Assembly: GCF_008065095.1 (NCBI RefSeq)
Contig: NZ_CP042911.1
Span: forward strand, 3,060,001 to 3,092,000
Direction: 5' to 3'
DNA: 32,000 nt
Origin: Gemmata obscuriglobus
GTDB lineage: Bacteria > Planctomycetota > Planctomycetia > Gemmatales > Gemmataceae
Notes under the pieces: generated by a model
The model's database searches: none
Told to the model about the DNA's origin: nothing
What the model saw: only the letters and a program-made list of their open reading frames with translations
Part shown: piece after piece, positions 29,801 to 32,000 of the stretch
How positions within the stretch are numbered: the first letter of the stretch is position 1
How the letters are laid out: each line of letters starts with the position of its first letter
Position numbers and translations under genes: made by a program

Positions 29801-32000
29801 CCATGCTGTACGACGCCGCGGACAACCTGCTGACCGTGTGGACCCCGCGGTACCACGACTCGGATCTGCTCGCGCCTGGGGAGCCCCGGCACGTGGCCAC
29901 CAGCTTCGGGTACGACGCGCTGAACCGGCGGACCCAGGTGATCGAGGCGTTCGGGGTCTCCGCCCTGCAGCGCACCACCACCACTGTGTACGACGCCGGG
30001 GACCTGGTCCGCGCCGTGCAGGAGCCGCTGCCCCGCACCACCACCTACGAGTACGACGCGCTCGGCCGGCGCACGCAGGTGGTTGAGCCGGTGGATGAAC
30101 TGGGCGTGGTGGTGTGGACGCGCACCACCGAGACAACGTACGACGCCGCGGACAACGTCCGGACCGTGGTGACGCCGCGGGTGGTCGACACCTCGCTGTT
30201 CAACGAGCCGGCGCTGCGCCCGGAGACGCGTTACGAGTACGACCTGCTGAACCGGCTGACGCGGGTGACGGAGGCGGCGAACGTGCCCGATGCTCAACTC
30301 GGACACGCCCCGCCCGCAACCACCTACCGGTACGACGCCGCCGGCCGTAAGATCCTCGAGATCGCCCCGGCCACCTGGAGCACCGAACTCCTCCGGAACA
30401 CCAGCCAGGCGACCAGCTACACGTACGACACCCTCGACCGGGCCGTGACGGTCGAAGAGGGCCGGTGGGACCCGCAGGCGGCAACCCCGTTCGCCGCCAT
30501 CCGCCGTACGACAATGAAGTACGACGGCCAGGACAACCTGGTCGGGCAAACGCGCGGCATCATGGCAACCGGCGTGGCGACGATGGTCGAGGCCACGACG
30601 ACCACCGCCTTCGTATTCGACGCCGCGGGCCGTCAGGTGGCCGTGACCGAGGCCGTCGGACGGCCGGAGCAGCGGACCACCACCCGGGAGTACGACGGGG
30701 CCGGGCACGTGGTGCTCGAGCGCCTCACCCCGAACGAGTACCGGCTCGAGGGCGTTCCGGCCAACGAGCAGGAACTGGAGAAGTTCCGGCAGCGGCCGAC
30801 CACCAAGTACACGTACGACGGCCTCGGCCGGCTCAAGACGACGATCCAGGCGTACGTGGCCCCGGGCGAGTTCTCGGGCGTCACCGACCCGGGCGGGCTC
30901 GGGCACCAGTCCCAGTTACCCGTCACCACCTACCAGTACGACGCGGCCGACCGGGTGATCCGGACCACCGACCCGCGGGGCGTGCAATCGACGTACGTGT
31001 ACGACGCGCTCGGGCGGCTGCGGGACGAGACCCAGGGCGCGAGCCAGGGGGACGCGACGACCCAGGGGTTCGTCGCCCTGCAGCGCGAGTACGGGTACGA
31101 CGCCGCCGACCGCAAGACGGCCGTCGGGGTGCGCAACCTGAACCTGGCCAACACCGACGCCACCACCGCGTGGACCACGTACGCGTACGACCTCCTGGAC
31201 CGCCCGACCGGGGTGACCGAGGGGGCCACCTCGGCCGTCGCGCGGAGCACCCTCACTCGGTACAACGACGACGGCACGGTCACCGTGACCACCGGTGTGT
31301 CGGCCACCGCCACGCTGACCGGCCCGACCGGCAACGCGCTGGTGTACAACCGCCCGGTAGAGACCCGGTACACGTACGACGCGCTCGGTCGGCTCGCCCG
31401 GGTGGACGAGGGCGCGAACCTGTCGGCGGCCGACGTCGCGGCGCTCGGGCACACCCGCCCGTGGACCACGTTCGCGTACGACGCGGCCGGGCACACGGTG
31501 GCCACGTTCACCAACGCGAGCACCACGCCTGGGGCCGACGCGGTCATCGTGACCCGGTACCTCATCGACGGTCTGGGCCGAGTGTGGCAGACCAACGAGG
31601 GCGAGGGGGGCGACGGGAACCAGTCCGAGCAGCGGGTCACGTCCGTCCGGTACGACACGCTGGACCGAGTGGTCGGCAAGGTGACGCTGGGCGACCCGTC
31701 GTGGACCCGGTACGACTACGACGCGCTAGGCCGGGTGACGAAACAGACCACGCCGGCGCTGGACCCGCTGGCGAAAGTCGACCCGCCCACGAACCCGCCC
31801 ACGGACCCGCTGTACACCGCGTACGTGTGGAACGTGTTCGATCAGGTGGTCCAGCAGTCCGACCAGAACAAATCAGAGGGTGAGGTGACCAACCGGTACG
31901 ACCGACTCGGCCGGCTGCGCACCCAGGTCAAGAAGGGCACGTGGGAGGAACTCACGTACCAGTACGACTTGGCGGGCAACCTGCTGCGGGTGGACGACAC
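14881..32000 (+). CDS. Giant (>5,700 aa, 3' end outside window) putative membrane-anchored surface protein with a C-terminal RHS/YD-repeat region
   Basis: Not in the ORF track. Frame +1 has a stop at 14794-14796, and I saw no stop in any segment I translated by hand (14797-16900, 17650-17850, 18840-19400, 22201-22380, 23401-24240, 26281-26340, 27181-27240, 31981-32000). The track lists no frame +1 ORF after 14796, which fits one unterminated ORF. The first ATG is at 14881; alternatives are 14929, 14974 and 15097, and none has a clear SD. A hydrophobic segment ETLSAAAIPLAATAAAATIAVYALA (~15121-15195) is a candidate signal anchor. Recognisable domains run throughout (see sub-features). Confidence 0.85.
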   Translation, partial: MWSCACRRNKPQPIPPMPRRIRLWIDPFAALMDLRAFVAGRCRRAAAPLTRLFAAPGKIDPQPLLAKPELRPMDWRNPPSETLSAAAIPLAATAAAATIAVYALADWQAAEQVAAAQVGAGGGGGGPVDGYADWAPTLAEPAATLDQATGSVAPADDESDLTPRDGADLALDGAGSSEGDFDSFGPAVDSYAGAEWFGGTGAGGGDQPEPFGGAFNGIAVTDTIPDPVSGVPPVLTGTEPQNLVGSDTPGTGNTGPGATPLPGDALTPASASGAEHPSPSSPTANLPGDAGTERPPTLGAVSLSLDPTFFASAVTPDSAPGADPVTITPAVSPPVTPPTNPEPVSPPVTPGPVSPPTSPPLPPEPVSPPTSPPLPPEPVSPPVSPPVSPPTSPPVSPPVSPPTSPPVSPPVSPPVSPPVSPPVSPPVSPPVSPPVSPPVSPPTSPPVIGDRVWNDTNGNGIQDGGEPGLAGVLVRMYDENSEFYASTVTDSNGGYAFTGVGAGYYQLQFQLLTGYQFSPANAGSDDAVDSDADPLSGFSNFFFVTYGAGNTTIDAGMRPTNPPVVPPTTPPVVPPTSPPPPGSDVRANTYTSNYQTVPAVASDADGDFVIAWMSDGQDGSGYGVYAQRYAANGTPVGNEFRVNTTTLGDQGSPSVAMDADGDFIVTWQSYGQEGTYGNYYGHNLGIYAQRYSASGAAVGSEFRVNTFTYGLQFQPSVAMDADGDFVIAWASGGQGPGSNWYDVYAQRYSASGAALGSEFRVNTYITSSQMDPAVTMDADGDFVIAWESQGQDGSVGGIYAQRYTAGGAALGSEFRVNTYTTNQQMGPAVAADANGGFVVVWLSSGQEGSASRVYAQRYAANGTALGSEFRVNTYTGGHQSSPSVAVDADGDFVVTWQSYGQDGSRYGVWAQRYNSTGTAVGSEFRVNTYTAGDQMFPTVAVDADGDAVVAWQSAAQDGSGNGIYFALLGGGSSPPPVVPPTNPPPAGPEVRANTHTTGHQVGASVATDADGNFVVAWTSQDQDGSGTGIYAQRYAANGMPLGGEFRVNTYTTGHQAGASVAMDADGDFVVAWASAGQDGSGYGIYAQRYAASGVPLGGEYRVNTFTTGNQTEPSVGVDADGDFVVAWQTYVPGSGLGGYEIQARRYSASGAALGSEFRVNTYTTNDQAIPSVSVAAGGNFVIAWQSYGQDGSGTEVYARRYSAGGDPLGTEFRVNTYTDGHQVAPSVGLDASGNFVVAWQSSGQGDWGWRIYARRYSAGGTALGSEFRVGEYTTGYQADPSVAVDADGDFIISWTSAGEDGSGNGIYAQRYSSAGTTQGTALRVNTYTAGDQMFPAVAVNADGDAVVAWQSDGQDGSGNGIYFTLLGGGSSSPPVVPPTVTISATGAGAGEPSSTGMYRISRTGTSGDLAVTFVPSGTAARGADYTLSVGGVPVAGNQVTIYSGQSFVDVLLTPVDDAVSEPTETAVLTLQGSSVYSLGAAYAATINITDDDPSLPPPTVTISATGAGAGEPSSTGMYRISRTGTSGDLAVTFVPSGTAASGADYTLSVGGVPVAGNQVTIYSGQSFVDVLLTPVDDAVSEPTETVVLTLQGSSAYTVGSPAAATVSITDNDLPAVTAAALDATAGEPSSTGMYRISRTGPQAGALEVRFALSGAATPGADYTLSVGGVPVAGDTVTIQDGLGFVDVLLTPVDDATAEFTEDAVLTVLSGTTYTVGSPAAATVSITDNEPPAVTVTAFDATAGEPSDTGTYRISRTGALAGALPVTFVLSGTAASGADYTLSVGGVPVTGNTVTIQDGQEFVDVLLTPIDDGVAEFTETAVLTLQSSSAYTVGSPAAATVSITDNDLPAVTAAALDATAGEPSSTGMYRISRTGPQAGALEVRFALSGAATPGADYTLSVGGVPVAGDTVTIQDGQGYVDVLLTPVDDATAEFTEDAVLTVLSGTTYTAGSPAAATVSITDNEPPAVTVTAFDATAGEPSDTGTYRISRTGALSGALPVTFVLSGTAASGADYTLSVGGVPVTGDTVTIEDGQEFVDVLLTPIDDGVAEFTEGAVLTLQGSSAYALGSPAAATVLIASSDVFPTVTVFATDVSAGEPANTGAYRIWRTGTSGALPVTFVLSGTATPGADYTLSVNGVPVTGNQITIQNGQEFVDVLLTPVDDAVSEIAETAVLTVLSSTTYTVGSPAAAVVGIDDNDTRPTVTVFAIDSGAGEPSNAGAYRITQFGAGGPLTVTFVLSGTAARGADYSLVVDGVPVAGNQITIPAGQSSVDVVLIPADDGIVETPETAMLALQAGATYTIGALAAATVTITDDDTLANTTPSVTVTATDADAGESANSGTYRIFRTGPIGVELVVAVALSGTATRGADYTLSVGGVPVAGNQITIPADASFVDVLLTPVDDAASEVPEAATLTVQAGGGYAVGAPADATVVIADNDPAVTPPAGFKEGELIGAADPFGALLATFTHPDLFSDPSDFEAAVSWGDGTTNNTTSGVEIVPLGGGLFEVRAKHAYRERSAAGNPYQVVITVTTRADGSTASASGSLAIADAALTGRSHNFTAGLKVPYEGAIAVFEDANTLSPAANFEAQVQWGDGTQEKLTGASIRPLGAGVFAVVGKHAYQVAGAQPYTVTVLIQDVDGSAQAVTSTATVGAVALVASDYGVNVTATEGTAFSGEVAWFTTLDTNFDPATVLADVNWGDGTAIDFGRPVVARDGGGFTVAGTHLYARSGGYEIQVTIRPAAGGNNGARTIKGSALVLGGQITATGLPITVREGTGLGSGQVIATFTDAVAGTTATDYSAWVDLGNGDVASAPISKNGNHFEVRLARGYEQNGSYTATVTIRDNLGGSTAIVQSDVTVINAELAIEYVNLIGSGYGDLSFSMRVGFKENPYDRGENFTATVNWGDGTPASMHRVYGYGDHYNGNAFFSSYNPAGDGIDEIYYWLTPGQFEALPRHTYAAAGTYIITITITPDDGPAKVYTPWTWGLPVILPQSQPISNTAPIVTALPITAVEGQRWDGKIAQFVDPFPEMTGTFSVSVDWGNGHYAANVPWYQFYQITNTGYGTYDISTSYRYNYDGIYQVKVRVYKTYSNTNQIDTSAESTTTAIVSEAPFRATSLSVTGASMAGTVGQSFSGVVATGTLRDPAYGTVTAYINWGDGSAEQQVAVIAGATYSVSGTHTYASEGLYNVRVRVEQRPPNVQTQLVHSASTTNTIKVTVPAVSIAAAQDPLAATQSTPPVNVALAVITDPRPGVTASEYTADIYWGDGTKTLGTVAGTGGTFTVSGSHTYGASGPFIAAVVARRGAEVYAVRLGVTVAPPPPPLPAPTNDLVDLFVDPVIAQGAYQAQDLVVARFRIRGQGQSVAGFAAEIHWGDGSAPTRGRIEALPSEDGELLLYQIVGSHQYRATGVYDTTVTLISRSASCPDTVGTGVVVVLSGAVKGFDLQTSVSSDLRDVVVGEFTDPSDPPASTFSASVNWAGYPPSSSPARVVRFGAGHYYVVASRGYASAGQYQYQVNVSSPGGLATGYGTVDVRPTAAGVLSVPYRMEVPTTPLQWAAFTVNSENIPNEIIDRSYIDWGDGSLRLTGDRGQVWGGLPQRSDILLSGAHVFRQDGVLTVTGGAADDVGDPYVTDSWSLPVATAPHRLVGTRPVLAAREDRAIGSIPIATFTDEGTEATVDQFHARIDWGDGTEPSDDGTRIVRIDDRTFAVYADHTYNQVGDFAITVLVHKDAPDGVDDDMLAGTMVATLKARVTADQAGVSQTGAEWFAALQGQSTGDIVLGAIVDPALAANAAALSVNWGDGSAPQAGEVWLRQTGPTSFEVLGRHTYAQAGIYDAKLTVTAGPKVFTLGGLVPVYRAALDTTQRTSDPDRGDWVQLGTAAVSLNTGAVTVSHPLDFDLSPGTAVGRSPSLVYNSGTVDVRPTAEFQLTGLGEASPSGISVTTSWADRKEQPAVTFAVTPGAQFANYLFGTQSAYEVTETGAYDWRSHVQIAMGANRAPIEVEVKDRSLTVVTEDHPEVPVPVAHGWGIAGIDRLVWECHGDVIWVTGTGDARLFERLDGTDYWSDEDFGALQRNMDANSPEYKSFVYTARDASKMYFSAAGLLTKVVDPQQFVVTYGYDAAGRLTGVQTPDGGVTAIAYTPTQVTITEPGNRTVTLNVAGKTLNAIQDVDSTKHLSAYADVDKTAGTRTFGYSGDRLTSDTWSPLQTGIAYDKNGMVKSVDRGLGTVYTIVPAAAQSLATTNDKPADARTAVATLKDPINPVTTYTYDARGRTLRVDAPLGALDRYLLNTAGDVVWHADPLDRKTVFEYDFNGDLRTVVNPDETERSYQYHPKFGTVTRATDELSRATVFTYDGTTGLLSTVEDALHNVTKYEYYPDADGGGTRADRRLLKTVTDALGHVTSYAYDEHRRVSQVIDPAGGIVTTTYDAAGNPLKVLTNPSLTGNTSEVRTTTTVYDGRNQLVRVIDARGSVTSTELAPSGLVDAVTDALGRRTTYAYDRRGLLTGMTEGIAPAAGLPAGVPPAQRSEARVYDTAGNLKSVTSGLAPANPTVTIGGAAAPLSYQHLTTVTYEYDALNRVKGVYEGVTGAGAYLRGTETAYDRAGNVRWTRSGLSTTGQPKVLYSRLGYDLQDQLGQVIEAFGHARLQRTTTTEYDDVGNVLSVTDPLGHVTSYGYDELNRTTVTYEAFGTSDQRSTETHYDAVGNVLWTRDPRGTVTSYGYDPADRVTRVIEAFGDTGPGGVQRTTTMLYDKVGNVLATWAPRYHDNQAPPAGEPKHVVTSYVYDGLDRRTQVIEAVNVAPEQLGHANPITTTTYDAVGNVVSVIDPLGRTTSYAYDALDRPVAAFEVWQSNGTAARTTRTWYDASDNVVRRHAAITANVGGAESTTNQQLSTYAYDAVNRPISSTVGEPERAVPPGGAPLLRLTTTSVYDAADNLIESVDPDGRRTSMGYDVLGRQVELVEAFGDAGPGGVQRTTTMLYDAADNLLTVWTPRYHDSDLLAPGEPRHVATSFGYDALNRRTQVIEAFGVSALQRTTTTVYDAGDLVRAVQEPLPRTTTYEYDALGRRTQVVEPVDELGVVVWTRTTETTYDAADNVRTVVTPRVVDTSLFNEPALRPETRYEYDLLNRLTRVTEAANVPDAQLGHAPPATTYRYDAAGRKILEIAPATWSTELLRNTSQATSYTYDTLDRAVTVEEGRWDPQAATPFAAIRRTTMKYDGQDNLVGQTRGIMATGVATMVEATTTTAFVFDAAGRQVAVTEAVGRPEQRTTTREYDGAGHVVLERLTPNEYRLEGVPANEQELEKFRQRPTTKYTYDGLGRLKTTIQAYVAPGEFSGVTDPGGLGHQSQLPVTTYQYDAADRVIRTTDPRGVQSTYVYDALGRLRDETQGASQGDATTQGFVALQREYGYDAADRKTAVGVRNLNLANTDATTAWTTYAYDLLDRPTGVTEGATSAVARSTLTRYNDDGTVTVTTGVSATATLTGPTGNALVYNRPVETRYTYDALGRLARVDEGANLSAADVAALGHTRPWTTFAYDAAGHTVATFTNASTTPGADAVIVTRYLIDGLGRVWQTNEGEGGDGNQSEQRVTSVRYDTLDRVVGKVTLGDPSWTRYDYDALGRVTKQTTPALDPLAKVDPPTNPPTDPLYTAYVWNVFDQVVQQSDQNKSEGEVTNRYDRLGRLRTQVKKGTWEELTYQYDLAGNLLRVDD
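16021..16212 (+). repeat. In-frame 12-nt tandem repeat ccgccggtcagc (PPVS) with PPTS variants, 16 units; nine perfect copies at 16093-16200
   Basis: Read directly. The units encode PPVS PPVS PPTS PPVS PPVS PPTS (PPVS)x9 PPTS. A more degenerate Pro-rich tract starts at ~15868 (VSPPVTPPTNPEPVSPPVTPGPVSPPTSPPLPPEPVSPPTSPPLPPEPVS). Confidence 0.95.
16219..16551 (+). other. SdrD-B-like (Cna-B-type, Ca-binding) domain of the giant protein
   Basis: VIGDRVWNDTNGNGIQDGGEPGLAGVLVRMYDENSEFYASTVTDSNGGYAFTGVGAGYYQLQFQLLTGYQFSPANAGSDDAVDSDADPLSGFSNFFFVTYGAGNTTIDAGM matches the classical SD-repeat B-domain pattern (GD.VW.D.N.NG.QD..E.G...V.V.L...TD..G.Y.F..L..G.Y...F...DSD). Confidence 0.75.
16633..17793 (+). 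repeat. Block 1: seven tandem ~55-61-aa 'FRVNTYT..Q..PSVA.DADGDFVVAW.S.GQDGS..GIYAQRY...G...G.E' repeats (putative 7-bladed beta-propeller)
   Basis: Hand translation. Repeat starts are near 16633, 16798, 16984, 17152, 17320, 17485 and 17650. The block ends with GIYFALLGGGSSPPPVVPPTNPPPAG. Confidence 0.8.
17848..18987 (+). repeat. Block 2: seven more repeats of the same family (second putative 7-bladed beta-propeller)
   Basis: Repeat starts are near 17848, 18010, 18178, 18346, 18511, 18676 and 18844. The block ends with GIYFTLLGGGSSSPPVVPPT, almost identical to the end of block 1. Confidence 0.8.
19015..22188 (+). repeat. Nine tandem Calx-beta domains (~345-360 nt each), several near-identical at the DNA level
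   Basis: Example unit: TVTISATGAGAGEPSSTGMYRISRTGTSGDLAVTFVPSGTAARGADYTLSVGGVPVAGNQVTIYSGQSFVDVLLTPVDDAVSEPTETAVLTLQGSS..YSLG....ATINITDDD (Calx-beta pattern: G.A..G.DY....G.V.F..G.....V.V....DD...E..E.F.L.L). Units 1 and 2 are offset by exactly 360 nt (19021 vs 19381). The two-domain unit 19717-20418 recurs at 20419-21120 (702-nt period). Confidence 0.85.
22189..26440 (+). repeat. Array of about thirteen PKD-like / Ig-like domains (~105-110 aa) carrying an 'xWGDG(T/S)' motif
   Basis: Motif positions: SWGDGT 22321, QWGDGT ~22650, NWGDGT ~22962, DLGNGD ~23278, NWGDGT 23578, DWGNGH ~23989, NWGDGS ~24334, YWGDGT ~24658, HWGDGS ~24979, NWAGYP ~25297, DWGDGS ~25597, DWGDGT ~25921, NWGDGS ~26263. 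Each motif is followed by G.H.Y...G.Y.V.V.V, like the PKD signature WDFGDG...H.Y...G.Y.V. Confidence 0.7.
26440..32000 (+). repeat. RHS / YD-repeat region (Rhs/TcC/teneurin-type shell), still open at the window end
   Basis: An Rhs-type entry motif opens the region: VSLNTGAVTVSHPLDFDLSPGTAVGRSPSLVYNS (compare G.L....DL.LPG.G..L...R.YNS). At least 45 YD motifs follow, e.g. YGYDAAGRL (27223), YTYDARGRT, YAYDRRGLL, YEYDALNRV, YGYDELNRT, YAYDALDRP, YEYDALGRR, YTYDGLGRL, YVYDALGRL, YQYDLAGNL (31965). Confidence 0.85.

Noticed and set aside
25321-30906. Long minus-strand ORFs 25321..27582 (753 aa) and 28420..30906 (828 aa), plus + strand frame 3 ORFs (26301..27422, 27477..29135, 30465..31883)
   Set aside because: All are Arg/Gly/Pro/Val-rich with no motifs. 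Frame +1 over the same DNA gives textbook PKD-like and YD repeats. Long spurious ORFs are expected at about 70% GC.

Overview
High-GC (~68-70%) bacterial DNA. The gene content suggests a Planctomycete (Gemmata-like) chromosome, but this is inference and no search was run. The window has three blocks. (1) nt 1-5727: a same-strand (+) module typical of an integrated mobile element. It holds a winged-helix protein (5' end outside the window), a DUF1580-like HTH protein, an 826-aa Toprim (DUF3854-like) plus P-loop primase/helicase, and three small conserved-unknown ORFs. A ~600-nt non-coding spacer follows. (2) nt 6336-14567: a glycosylation locus. It holds a TPR + GT41 (SPINDLY/OGT-like) glycosyltransferase, a divergent TIGR03032/DUF4915-like protein, and a convergent ~1,645-aa fusion enzyme (GT1-like, TPR, methyltransferase-like, GT4, GT2, TPR). 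(3) nt ~14881 to the window end: one frame +1 reading frame of more than 5,700 codons with no stop. It is missing from the supplied ORF track because it has no stop codon in the window. By hand translation it encodes a putative membrane-anchored giant surface protein. In order, it contains a Gly/acidic low-complexity region, a (PPVS/PPTS)n stalk built on a 12-nt microsatellite, and an SdrD-B-like domain. Next come two blocks of seven ~57-aa 'FRVNTYT...DADGDFVVAW...GIYAQRY' repeats, nine near-identical Calx-beta domains, and thirteen PKD-like 'xWGDG' domains. It ends with an RHS/YD-repeat region of more than 1,800 aa that is still open at nt 32000. The many long minus-strand ORFs over 15-32 kb are antisense shadows of this gene. 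The most interesting candidates are the giant stalked Rhs protein (its toxin tip and immunity gene would lie downstream of the window) and the neighbouring uncharacterised glycosyltransferase/TIGR03032 locus, which may modify its Pro/Ser/Thr stalk. All family assignments are by-eye motif recognition.
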